From positions 6,034-70,033 of the forward strand of contig JAFRAK010000028.1 of the NCBI GenBank assembly GCA_017405445.1: a stretch of DNA of 64,000 nucleotides, in the 5' to 3' direction. Of the stretch, positions 20,649 to 29,608 are shown piece after piece. The stretch comes from Bacilli bacterium. Lineage in GTDB: Bacteria > Bacillota_I > Bacilli_A > RF39 > UBA660. The translations under genes were made by a program, and so were the position numbers. The first letter of the stretch is position 1; every line of letters begins with the position of its first letter. The notes under the pieces are model-generated. The model ran no database searches and was not told the origin of the DNA. It saw only the letters and a list, made by a program, of their open reading frames with translations.

Positions 20649-20675
20649 TAACATAAAAAAGAAAGAAGGAATAAA

Positions 20676-21791
20676 ATGAAAAGATTAAATTCTACTCCAA
20701 GACAAGATGGATATAGAATGCCTGGAGAATTTGAAAAACATGAAGGTTGTTATATTATATGGCCACAACGTCCAGATAACTGGAGATATGGTGGAAAACC
20801 TGCACAAAGAGTATTTGTAGAAGTTGCTAATACCATTGCAGAATATGAAAAAATGACAGTATTAGTAAATCAAGATCAATATATTAATGCACGTAATATG
20901 TTAGGACCAAAAGTTAGAGTTATTGAAATGAGTAATAATGACTCTTGGATAAGAGATAGTGGACCTTCTTTTGTAGTAAATGAAAGAGGTGGCCTTCGTG
21001 GAATTGATTGGGGATTTAATGCTTACGGTGGTTTAGTAGAAGGAATTTACTTTCCATGGGATTATGACGACCTAATTGGTGGAAAAGTATGTGAATTGGA
21101 AGGTGTAGATACTTATAATGCTGCAGATTTCATATTAGAAGGTGGTTCTATTCATGTAGATGGAGATGGAACCTGTATGACAACAGAAGAGTGTTTACTT
21201 GCTCCAGATAGAAACCCAGATATGTCTAAGGAAGAGATAGAAGAAAAATTAAAAGAGTATTTAAATGTAGAAAAAGTACTTTGGATTCCAAGAGGTGTCT
21301 ACAAAGATGAAGATACTAATGGACATGTTGATAATATGGCAAACTTTGTAAGACCAGGAGAAGTTGTTCTTACTTGGACAGATGATGTAAATGATCCTCA
21401 ATATGAAAGAAGTGTAGAAGCATATAATTATCTAATAAATGAAACAGATGCCAAAGGAAGAAGATTAATTGTTCATAAACTATATGCACCATCTCCATTA
21501 TTAATTACTCAAGAAGAAAGTGATGGAGTAGATAGTGTAGAAGGATCTATCCCAAGAAGACCTGGAGATAGAATGGCTGGATCTTACGTTAATTACTATA
21601 CTGGAAATGGATTTATTGCTTTACCAGTATTTAATGACCCAAATGATGAAAGAGCAATTGAATTGCTTTCTGAATTATATCCAGATAGAGATATTATCCC
21701 AATCTATGCAAGAGAAATATTACTTGGTGGAGGAAATATTCACTGTATTACTCAACAAGTACCTGCCAGAAAAATACCTAGAAATTTCTAG
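20676..21791 (+). CDS. aguA: Agmatine deiminase
   Basis: 371 aa. [10 protein letters not shown] near the N-terminus, SWIRDSGP, and C-terminal [11 protein letters not shown] (catalytic Cys) are typical of the agmatine deiminase/PAD family. Confidence 0.9.
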   Translation: MKRLNSTPRQDGYRMPGEFEKHEGCYIIWPQRPDNWRYGGKPAQRVFVEVANTIAEYEKMTVLVNQDQYINARNMLGPKVRVIEMSNNDSWIRDSGPSFVVNERGGLRGIDWGFNAYGGLVEGIYFPWDYDDLIGGKVCELEGVDTYNAADFILEGGSIHVDGDGTCMTTEECLLAPDRNPDMSKEEIEEKLKEYLNVEKVLWIPRGVYKDEDTNGHVDNMANFVRPGEVVLTWTDDVNDPQYERSVEAYNYLINETDAKGRRLIVHKLYAPSPLLITQEESDGVDSVEGSIPRRPGDRMAGSYVNYYTGNGFIALPVFNDPNDERAIELLSELYPDRDIIPIYAREILLGGGNIHCITQQVPARKIPRNF

Positions 21792-21853
21792 ATATTTTTC
21801 TTTTTTTATAAGCAATTTCAATCGTATAATAATTTGACTTTTTACCATTCAAA

Positions 21854-21862
21854 TGATAAAAT
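21854..21862 (+). promoter_or_regulatory. Putative extended -10 box TGaTAAAAT upstream of the DUF1292 gene
   Basis: TG-n-TAAAAT, 39 nt upstream of ATG 21902. Sequence match only. Confidence 0.3.
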
Positions 21863-21901
21863 TAGTAATAGTAGAATAGATAGAAAAAGGAGAATCGTTA
21901 A

Positions 21902-22171
21902 ATGGAAAATAATCTTAAAGATGAAAAAATTCTAATGGAAAAAAACGGAAAAGAAGTAGAATGTGATGTATTATTTACTTTTGACTCTTTAGATACAATG
22001 AAGTCATATGTAGCTTATACCGATAATACGATAGGAAAAAACATGAGAAAAAATATTTTTATATCTTCTTATAATCCATTCGGTACAAAATTAGAATTAG
22101 AAGACGTTACTGATAAAAAAGAATTAGAAATGATTAACGATGTCCTTTTAAAAATAGATCAAGAAAACTAA
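21902..22171 (+). CDS. DUF1292-family small acidic protein
   Basis: 89 aa. The pattern NGKEVECDVLFTFDS...KSYVAYTD...IFISSYNP...LELEDVTDKKELEMINDVL matches the DUF1292 layout as I remember it. Confidence 0.65.
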   Translation: MENNLKDEKILMEKNGKEVECDVLFTFDSLDTMKSYVAYTDNTIGKNMRKNIFISSYNPFGTKLELEDVTDKKELEMINDVLLKIDQEN

Positions 22172-22187
22172 GAAATGTGGTGATAAG

Positions 22188-25100
22188 ATGGATAATATTA
22201 TATTTGAAGAAGAAATAGTAACAGAAGTAGTATATGAAGGGTCAATCCCTCTAGATAATCGTCTAACACCAAGACAACAAAAGAGAAAAATATTCAATTT
22301 ATTGAAAAAAGAAAATATTCCAGTTATAAAAGAATCAGAATATGAAATAACTTTTGAACAACCAGATGATGATCAAAGTATAAAATTTAAAGTAACCCAT
22401 ATTTATAATAAAAAAATACCATATCGTATTACCAAAGAAGAAGTGTATCAAGGCACTTACATTCTAGATGGAATTAGAATGACTCCAGAAGATCAAAGAC
22501 AACAAGTATTTAACTTGATGAGAGAAGATGGATTTGTGATAGAAAATGAAGACGACTATGAAATAGGCTATGAAGGAGTAGAAGATAATAATGGTATTAG
22601 TGATACACAAGTAACTCGTTTCATAGTTAGTAAAATTAAAAAAGAGAAACTAACAGACAAAGAATATGAAGCAATTAGTAATGATCAAAATAAAGAAATA
22701 AAAAATCTATATGATGAAATGGTTGCTTTAAGAGAAGAAATATTAAAAACAACAGAGAAAGAAAAAGTAACAGAATTATCTTCTAAAGTATCTGAAGTAA
22801 CAGAAAAAGTAGATACAATTATTGAAAATAGAATTCAAAATTATGGATACTTTGAAGAAAAGATAAACGAGTATAATGTAAAAATTTCAGAGCTTGAAGC
22901 TTCTCTTCAAGAGTATATTAATTCTTATGAAGAATCATATGAAATGATGAAAGAATTAATGAATAGTTCTGAAATTACAGATGTACAAGAGAAAGAACAT
23001 CAAAAAGAAAGAATTAATGAAAAATCATTAAGTATAAAAAAAGAAATAGAAAAAGCAAAAAAAGAAATATCTAGTCTAAAAGCTCAAAGAACTAGATTAA
23101 TGAAAGATTATGAAACTGCCAAAGCTTTAGAAATATCTGCAGAAGATTATAATGAAATAATTTCTAGTTTAAGAAAAAAAGATATCTTAAATGCAATTCT
23201 AGAACAAAAAGGATTAGAAGAAGTATTATCTACCTCATCAAAAGATAGAACTCCATATCAAAAACAACAAATAAAAGAAGCAAAAGAAGAAATTATAAAA
23301 GAACTAGCTAAATTAAAAAAAGAAGATGAAAGACAGAGTGTTTTATCTTCAATTGAAGCTTTATATGGAATTGAATTACAAAAAGTAATAAAAAATGGTA
23401 GAGAAAGAGTAATTGTTATTAATAAAAAGTCTTATGATAATATTATTAATAATAGTAAAAAACTTCCAGAAAAGATTATAAAGAATCCAGATATTACAAT
23501 TAATTATAAACCTGGAGATGTTCCAGAAGATTTACAAGAAGTCTTTAAAAGTGAAGAAAGAAAAGATAATAAAGATAAATTTACAATTTTCCATGATGAA
23601 GAAGATGAAGAAAAATTATATACAAGAAAACCTGTATTTGAAAAATTTCATATAAATCCAATAGGAGAAGAGGTAAGAATAGAAGGAACTGCATCCTACG
23701 GTATTAAAAAGGAAGATGCAGATTATATTGAAAATAATGCAAATAATAGTGAATCACCATATGTTGTAGAACATAAAAAAGCAAAAGTAGTACAAGTTGA
23801 TCATTCTCCAATAGAAGAATTTGTAGAAGTAGATAATAATACTTCTAAAGAACCTCTAGAAGAAAATAACGTACAAGAAAGAAAAGATTTAAAAGATAAA
23901 TATGTAATCTATCACAGTGAAGAAAACAATGATTTATTATATGCAACAGTACCTGTATTTGAAAGATTTAATATTACTCCAGAAGGAGAAGAAGTTAGAA
24001 TTAAAGGAATAGCTTCTTATGGTATTAAAAAAGAAGATGTAGATGATATTGAAAAAAATGCAAGTAATGATTATTCTCCATACATTGTAGAACATGAAAC
24101 AGTAAAAGTAGAAAAACAAGTAATAGAACCATTAAAAGATATTGTAGAAGAAAATCAAGAAGTACCTAAAGAAGAAGAAATTCATGAAAATATTTCCAAT
24201 GCATCAAAAGGTTTAATAGATAGAATAACAATTTATAGGGAAATGAATCAGTCAAATAAGTTCTATGCAAGAAAACCTGTATTTGAAAGATTTAATGTTG
24301 AAACAATAGGAGAGCCATTTAGAATCAGTGGAGTATTATGTTACGAAATTGATGTGGATGATGTGAAAAAAATTGCTGCTAACTCTAATAATGATTATTC
24401 TCCATATATTGTAAGTTATGAAGATGTTCAGGCAAGTAGAGAAATACTTGAAAAAGAACCAGATGTAATGGAAAAAATCAGAGTAGAACAAGAACCAACA
24501 AAAAATCATTTAGAAGCATCTAATATAGAAGTAAATCCTGAGTTTAAAGAAGAATTAAAAGAGAAGAAAGTAAATTATAATATTATTCATAAATGTCCAT
24601 ACCAAGTAAAAGCAGCAGTAGATTTCTTTGATAGATTATCTAAAAAATTATTATCTTCTGAAGAATCAAAATCTCAAAAAGAACAATTTAAGGAGAATTT
24701 AAATGATTTAACTGATGAAGAATTAGATTTGTTAGTGACAGAATATCGTTCTGATGCATTTGGTAGTGAATTAAATTCATATACAAAAGGATTAGCTTAT
24801 AATCGATTAAAAGAGTATGGTTATGATACAATTCATAAGATTAACGATATGATAAAAGAAGAAACCGTTTCATTATCTTCATTAATAAAAGGATTAAAAG
24901 AGGTAGAAGAAAAAGAACAAACAGAACAAGATGAAGATAATATTATTTCATTAGAAGAAGAAAGAAATGATAAAATCGGAAAAGCATCATCATCGATTCA
25001 AGTAATAATAGATGCGAAAAAAGAATTAGAAAGATTACTAAACTGTCATATTAGAGATTTAGAAGAAAAGTTTAAAGAAAAAGCACAAGAATTAGAGTTC

Positions 25101-25412
25101 ACCAAAAGTAGAGATAATGACTCTTTAGTAGATTCTTTAAAATATCAAGTAGAAAACTTTACTAGAAGTTTAAAGAATGCATTGATTAATCATAATGATA
25201 TTTCTATTGTCCAAAATTTCTTAGGCTTAGAAAGTTGCTATGACGAAGACTTTGATCATAGAGGAGACATAGTAGGTAGAAGAAGTATTGGTACAATATA
25301 CTTCCCTCTACTTGAAAAATTCCTTCCAGTAAATAAAAATAATGAATTAAAAGAAATGATGGAAGAAGAAACCCATGATTATGGGGAAGAAGAAAAATCA
25401 AAAGTAAGATAA
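22188..25412 (+). CDS. Large acidic repeat-containing hypothetical protein, no signal peptide or TM (likely cytoplasmic)
   Basis: 1074 aa, E/K-rich with long coiled-coil-like stretches. It has an N-terminal duplicated ~70-aa module and three ~72-aa repeats (PVFE[KR]F[HN][IV].P.GE..RI.G..SYGIKKED.D.IE.NA.N..SPY[IV]VEH). I recognise no catalytic motif. Confidence 0.7.
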   Translation: MDNIIFEEEIVTEVVYEGSIPLDNRLTPRQQKRKIFNLLKKENIPVIKESEYEITFEQPDDDQSIKFKVTHIYNKKIPYRITKEEVYQGTYILDGIRMTPEDQRQQVFNLMREDGFVIENEDDYEIGYEGVEDNNGISDTQVTRFIVSKIKKEKLTDKEYEAISNDQNKEIKNLYDEMVALREEILKTTEKEKVTELSSKVSEVTEKVDTIIENRIQNYGYFEEKINEYNVKISELEASLQEYINSYEESYEMMKELMNSSEITDVQEKEHQKERINEKSLSIKKEIEKAKKEISSLKAQRTRLMKDYETAKALEISAEDYNEIISSLRKKDILNAILEQKGLEEVLSTSSKDRTPYQKQQIKEAKEEIIKELAKLKKEDERQSVLSSIEALYGIELQKVIKNGRERVIVINKKSYDNIINNSKKLPEKIIKNPDITINYKPGDVPEDLQEVFKSEERKDNKDKFTIFHDEEDEEKLYTRKPVFEKFHINPIGEEVRIEGTASYGIKKEDADYIENNANNSESPYVVEHKKAKVVQVDHSPIEEFVEVDNNTSKEPLEENNVQERKDLKDKYVIYHSEENNDLLYATVPVFERFNITPEGEEVRIKGIASYGIKKEDVDDIEKNASNDYSPYIVEHETVKVEKQVIEPLKDIVEENQEVPKEEEIHENISNASKGLIDRITIYREMNQSNKFYARKPVFERFNVETIGEPFRISGVLCYEIDVDDVKKIAANSNNDYSPYIVSYEDVQASREILEKEPDVMEKIRVEQEPTKNHLEASNIEVNPEFKEELKEKKVNYNIIHKCPYQVKAAVDFFDRLSKKLLSSEESKSQKEQFKENLNDLTDEELDLLVTEYRSDAFGSELNSYTKGLAYNRLKEYGYDTIHKINDMIKEETVSLSSLIKGLKEVEEKEQTEQDEDNIISLEEERNDKIGKASSSIQVIIDAKKELERLLNCHIRDLEEKFKEKAQELEFTKSRDNDSLVDSLKYQVENFTRSLKNALINHNDISIVQNFLGLESCYDEDFDHRGDIVGRRSIGTIYFPLLEKFLPVNKNNELKEMMEEETHDYGEEEKSKVR
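23574..24432 (+). repeat. Three in-frame copies of a ~72-aa protein repeat spaced ~107 aa apart, within the 22188 gene
   Basis: Copies start near 23574 (DKFTIFHDEEDEEKLYTRKPVFEKFHINPIGEEVRIEG), 23895 (DKYVIYHSEENNDLLYATVPVFERFNITPEGEEVRIKG) and 24219 (DRITIYREMNQSNKFYARKPVFERFNVETIGEPFRISG). Confidence 0.85.
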
Positions 25413-25440
25413 AAGTATAGAATTTCTATACTTTTTTCTT
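25413..25440 (+). terminator. Rho-independent terminator after the 1074-aa gene
   Basis: AAGTATAG (25413-25420) / AATTT / CTATACTT (25426-25433), then a T-run. Confidence 0.7.
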
Positions 25441-25510
25441 TTATAAATTAAATTTATAAAAAATTGACTTTTCTATAAAACTCGAATATAATACTCGCGA
25501 GGGGATTCAT

Positions 25511-26392
25511 ATGAACACAGATTATAATTTATATAAAATTTTTCTTTACTTATACGAAGAAAAAAGTATCTCTAAAACAGCAAACAAGTTATATGTATCA
25601 CAGCCTGCAATTAGTTATAGTTTAAAAGAACTAGAAAATCAATTAGGATATACTTTATTTTATCGTAATAGTAAAGGGATAGAACCAACACTAGAAGCAA
25701 ATGAATTATACTCATATATTTCAACTGCTTTTAATATACTACAAGATGCTGAAGAACATATTAAAAACTTAAATAGTTTAAATACTGGATGTATTAGAGT
25801 AGGAACACCATCTCATATAGGAGTTTGTTATCTATCAAAATATATCGCAGAATTTAGAAAAGAATATCCTGGAATTCGTTTTGAAGTAGTTTGTAAATCA
25901 ACTAGAGATATGGTAGAAATGTTAGAAACAAGAAAATTAGATGTTATTGTAGATACTCTACCAATTGATAGTAAAAAAGAAGTAACGAAAATTACTTTAT
26001 CAAAACTAAATAATTGTTTTGCATATAATAAAAATTATTTTAAGAATGTAAAAATAAATAGTATTGAAGATTTAAATAATTATCCATTAGTATTACCTAC
26101 ATCAGCATATTCTAGTAGAGTAAAATTAGATGAATTTTTATCTTCAAAAGGAATCAAAGTGAATCCCGTACTTGAATCATGGACAACAGAAGTATTACTT
26201 GAAATGGTAAGAAAAGGAATAGGAATAGGCTATTTCTCTAAAGAAGTAATTGACTCTCAAAAAGATAAAGATGATTTTGAAATTATTACATTTAATAATG
26301 AATTACCATCTGTAGATTTATGTTGTGTTTATCGAGAAGACTTTTTAACAACCGCAACCAGTAAATTTATTGAATTAATCAAAAAGAAGTAA
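25511..26392 (+). CDS. LysR-family transcriptional regulator
   Basis: 293 aa. N-terminal wHTH (FLYLYEEKSISKTANKLYVSQPAISYSLKELENQLG) and a C-terminal substrate-binding-type domain. Confidence 0.88.
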   Translation: MNTDYNLYKIFLYLYEEKSISKTANKLYVSQPAISYSLKELENQLGYTLFYRNSKGIEPTLEANELYSYISTAFNILQDAEEHIKNLNSLNTGCIRVGTPSHIGVCYLSKYIAEFRKEYPGIRFEVVCKSTRDMVEMLETRKLDVIVDTLPIDSKKEVTKITLSKLNNCFAYNKNYFKNVKINSIEDLNNYPLVLPTSAYSSRVKLDEFLSSKGIKVNPVLESWTTEVLLEMVRKGIGIGYFSKEVIDSQKDKDDFEIITFNNELPSVDLCCVYREDFLTTATSKFIELIKKK

Positions 26393-26412
26393 AGAAAATC
26401 TTTACTTTCTTA
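26387..26412 (+). terminator. Hairpin overlapping the LysR stop codon (probable terminator)
   Basis: AAGTAAAGA (26387-26395) / AAA / TCTTTACTT (26399-26407), then TCT. Confidence 0.45.
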
Positions 26413-26440
26413 CGCTTGAAACAACATCATAATTTTAAGA

Positions 26441-26468
26441 AACAACTATACAAATAGTTGTTTTTTTA
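26441..26468 (+). terminator. Second, stronger rho-independent terminator in the same intergenic region
   Basis: AACAACTAT (26441-26449) / ACAA / ATAGTTGTT (26454-26462), followed by a T-run. Confidence 0.65.
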
Positions 26469-26477
26469 TGATAAAAT
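26469..26477 (+). promoter_or_regulatory. Putative extended -10 box TGaTAAAAT upstream of the 26502 gene
   Basis: TG-n-TAAAAT, 24 nt before ATG 26502, with AGGAGG in between. Confidence 0.3.
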
Positions 26478-26501
26478 GAATATAGGTATTAGGAGGTCTT
26501 T

Positions 26502-27977
26502 ATGTCAAAGAAGAAGACTGAAAAAGAAATTGAAAAAAAACAAGAAACAAAAGATTCCAAAACCAAAGAAAAAGAAGAAAAGGAATTATATACAAAAATA
26601 GGAGCTAAAGATGGTCAATATGTATGTCCTAATTGTGGTGCGAGTGAGATAATTCCTAATCCGAATACTGGAAAACTTCGTTGTAACTATTGTTTTACGG
26701 AATTTGATGGTAAAAAACTAAAAAAAGTAGAAGATTTAAAATCGTTAAAAGGAAGAATAAGAGGAACAGGAGTCAATGATATTAATAAAGAAGCAGAAAC
26801 AACTATTACATTAAGATGTGGAGGTTGTGGTGCAGAAGTAGTTATTGATATGGAAAATGCACCTCATGCGAGATGTCACTGGTGTCGAAGTTATTTATCG
26901 ATTAATAATAAAATGGATAATGGTGCAATCCCAGATGTAATCCTTCCTTTTCAAACAAAAAAAGAAGAAGCAGAACAATATATTCAAAATTTTGTATCAA
27001 AAAGAAGATTCTATGCCAATCCAACTTTTAAAAAAGAATTTACAACAGAAAATATTATGGGAGTTTATTTTCCTTATCTTTTAGTAGATGCCAATGCTCA
27101 CGCTGAGTTTTCTGGAGAAGGAGAACATCAAACTAGAAAATATTATGTAGGAGATGATGATCATCAAGAAGTAAGATATGATGCAGATTCTTATCATGTA
27201 GAAAGAAATTTTGATATCACAATAGAAGGTTTATCAATAGAATCAAATTCTACAAGACTAGATAAAAAAGATAAATCTCAAACAAATAATATTATTAATG
27301 CAATTATGCCATTTGATACAGAAAACTGTATAGAATATCATTCCAATTATTTAATAGGACATACTTCTGAAAGAAGAGATATTAATATTGATAATATAGA
27401 AGATAAAGTAAATGCAGAATTAAAAGATGTTGCGAAATTTTCTATAAGAGATGAAAATAAATTTTATGATAGAGGAATTCATTGGGAAAAAGAAGATTTT
27501 AAAATAGTAGGAACACAGTGGTTAGCTGCATATTTACCAGTATGGCTCTACAGTTATCAAGAAGTAAAAGGAGATAAAAAAGTCCTTCATTATGTTGCGG
27601 TAAATGCAAGAACAAATGAAACAATGGGTAGTGTTCCAATTAATAAACCATTATTATTCTTAATATCTGCAATTATCGAAATTATTTCATTAATAATCAG
27701 TATGGGAATATATTTAGAAATGAGTTCTGCAGATGAAGATGATGGTACAATCTATGTTTTTTTCTTACTTGCAGCAGGATTTATCTATTATGGAGCAATT
27801 GTTGCGAAATATAGAAATAAAGATGCAAGACATACATATGAAAAAGAAACAAAATCAGAAATAAATAACTTAGAAAAGAAAGATGTTTTCATAAGAAAAA
27901 ATAAAGGATTAAAAAACCCTTATATTGATAGAAGAAATGATAATAAAATAGAAGGAGAAAATATTAAAATAAATTAA
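26502..27977 (+). CDS. Double zinc-ribbon membrane protein of unknown function
   Basis: 491 aa. K/E-rich N-terminus, two CxxC...CxxC ribbons (CPNCG...CNYC; CGGCG...CHWC), a ~250-aa soluble domain, then two TM helices (LLFLISAIIEIISLIISMGIYL; IYVFFLLAAGFIYYGAIVA) and a basic tail. Confidence 0.7.
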   Translation: MSKKKTEKEIEKKQETKDSKTKEKEEKELYTKIGAKDGQYVCPNCGASEIIPNPNTGKLRCNYCFTEFDGKKLKKVEDLKSLKGRIRGTGVNDINKEAETTITLRCGGCGAEVVIDMENAPHARCHWCRSYLSINNKMDNGAIPDVILPFQTKKEEAEQYIQNFVSKRRFYANPTFKKEFTTENIMGVYFPYLLVDANAHAEFSGEGEHQTRKYYVGDDDHQEVRYDADSYHVERNFDITIEGLSIESNSTRLDKKDKSQTNNIINAIMPFDTENCIEYHSNYLIGHTSERRDINIDNIEDKVNAELKDVAKFSIRDENKFYDRGIHWEKEDFKIVGTQWLAAYLPVWLYSYQEVKGDKKVLHYVAVNARTNETMGSVPINKPLLFLISAIIEIISLIISMGIYLEMSSADEDDGTIYVFFLLAAGFIYYGAIVAKYRNKDARHTYEKETKSEINNLEKKDVFIRKNKGLKNPYIDRRNDNKIEGENIKIN

Positions 27978-27991
27978 TAGGAGGAATAAAT

Positions 27992-29545
27992 ATGTATAAG
28001 AATGAAAAAATATTAATCGGAAAAAGTGGGAAAGAAGAATTATATATATTACCACAAATGGCAAATCGACATGGTATTATCACAGGAGCAAGTGGTTCTG
28101 GAAAAACAATTACATTAAAAGTAATGTCTGAATCATTCTCTGATGCTGGAGTACCTGTATTCTTTGCTGATGTAAAAGGAGACTTAGGGGGAACAGCTTT
28201 ATCTGGAGAAGCTAGTGAAAGTCTAAATGAAAGATTAAAAAAACTTGGAATAACAGATTTTGAATATAAAAATTATCCAGTAAGATTCTGGGATATCTTT
28301 GGAGAATATGGACTTCCAATTAGAACAACAATAGATTCTGTTGGACCTGACATTCTTTCTATGATGCTAGGATTATCAGAAATACAAGAAAGTGTATTAA
28401 ATGTTGTATTTAAAATTGCTAGAGATCATAGCTGGGAATTAGATGATATAAAAGATTTACGTCTATTACTACAATATATTGGTGATAATAGAGCATCATT
28501 CACAACAGAATTTGGAAATGTTGCGACTCAAACAATAGGTGTCATTCAAAGATGTTTATTAACTCTAGATAATCAAGGAGCAGATAAATTCTTTGGACTT
28601 CCAGCATTAGATATTTATGATTTGATGAAAACAGATATGAATGGAAAAGGGTATATTAATATCCTACACGCCGTAGAATTGTTCAAATCTCCAGATTTAT
28701 ATGCAGCATTCCTATTATGGTTCTTAACAGAATTATTTACAAAACTTCCAGAAGTTGGAGATTTAGATAAACCTAAAATGGTATTCTTCTTTGATGAAGC
28801 ACATATATTATTTAACGGAATGCCAAATTATCGTTTGAAACAAATTGTTCAAGTAGTGAAACTAATACGTTCTCGTGGTGTAGGAGTTTACTTTGTATCT
28901 CAAAGTCCTGCCGACATTCCAAGCGATATTATGTCTCAATTAGGAAATAGAGTTCAACATACGTTAAGAGCTTATACGCCAAATGAACAAAAAGTAGTTA
29001 AAGCAATTGCTGATGACTTTAGAGCTAATCCAGATTTTAATACTTATGATACAATTTTAAATTTAGGTACAGGAGAAGCAGTTATTTCCTTCTTAAATGA
29101 AAATGGAGAACCAGGTATCTCACAAAAAGCAACCATTCTTCCACCTCAAAGTAAAATGGGCACAATTGATGAAATTACAAGAAATAAAGTCATTAATATG
29201 TCTTCTGAATATCAAACAAAATATGCAGAACCACTTGATAGAGAATCTGCATATGAAGAGTTAGATGCTTTAATCAAAGAAAAAATAAGAGTAGAAGAAG
29301 AAATGCATCAACAAGAAGAAGCGGCAAAACAAGCAGAAAAAGACGCAAAAGAAGCAGAAAAAGCTGCAAAACAAGCAGAAAAAGAACAAAAAGCTGCAGA
29401 AAGAGAAGCTGAAAAGAAATTAAGAGAAGCTGAAAAAGCTAGAAAGAGTACAGTTCAGTATAAACTAGGAAAGAAAGTTGCCAATAAAACTGCTGATAAA
29501 TTAATTAATAAAGGATTAGATGCAATCTTTAAACATCTATTTTAA
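27992..29545 (+). CDS. YjgR/DUF853-type HerA-like P-loop ATPase
   Basis: 517 aa. ANRHGIITGASGSGKT (Walker A), VPVFFADVKGDLGG and KMVFFFDEAH (Walker B) follow the E. coli YjgR pattern. The C-terminal ~90 aa are a K/A/E-rich low-complexity tail. Only 14 nt separate it from the upstream gene. Confidence 0.8.
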   Translation: MYKNEKILIGKSGKEELYILPQMANRHGIITGASGSGKTITLKVMSESFSDAGVPVFFADVKGDLGGTALSGEASESLNERLKKLGITDFEYKNYPVRFWDIFGEYGLPIRTTIDSVGPDILSMMLGLSEIQESVLNVVFKIARDHSWELDDIKDLRLLLQYIGDNRASFTTEFGNVATQTIGVIQRCLLTLDNQGADKFFGLPALDIYDLMKTDMNGKGYINILHAVELFKSPDLYAAFLLWFLTELFTKLPEVGDLDKPKMVFFFDEAHILFNGMPNYRLKQIVQVVKLIRSRGVGVYFVSQSPADIPSDIMSQLGNRVQHTLRAYTPNEQKVVKAIADDFRANPDFNTYDTILNLGTGEAVISFLNENGEPGISQKATILPPQSKMGTIDEITRNKVINMSSEYQTKYAEPLDRESAYEELDALIKEKIRVEEEMHQQEEAAKQAEKDAKEAEKAAKQAEKEQKAAEREAEKKLREAEKARKSTVQYKLGKKVANKTADKLINKGLDAIFKHLF

Positions 29546-29550
29546 AAAGA

Positions 29551-29578
29551 AATAAGACTTTATAGTCTTATTTTTTTA
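29551..29578 (+). terminator. Rho-independent terminator after the ATPase gene
   Basis: AATAAGACT (29551-29559) / TTAT / AGTCTTATT (29564-29572), then a T-run. Confidence 0.75.
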
Positions 29579-29608
29579 TGATTTCATATACTTAATTGAG
29601 ATGATAAA

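Noticed and set aside
21607-21837. A 76-aa plus-strand ORF overlapping the 3' end of aguA.
   Set aside because: It is out of frame within a well-supported gene (the [11 protein letters not shown] catalytic motif is encoded by the same DNA). It has no SD and a low-complexity product.
26387-26468. Two consecutive terminator-like hairpins after the LysR gene, considered as a small RNA gene.
   Set aside because: Only ~30 nt separate them, no promoter-like element lies between them, and no conserved structure is recognisable. The simpler reading is a weak terminator plus a strong backup terminator.
29290-29460. The K/A/E-rich stretch (EEAAKQAEKDAKEAEKAAKQAEKEQKAAEREAEKKLREAEKA) at the end of the DUF853 ATPase, considered as a separate repeat protein or fusion.
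   Set aside because: It is continuous in frame with the ATPase and is a low-complexity helical tail with no exact DNA periodicity. I treat it as part of the same CDS.
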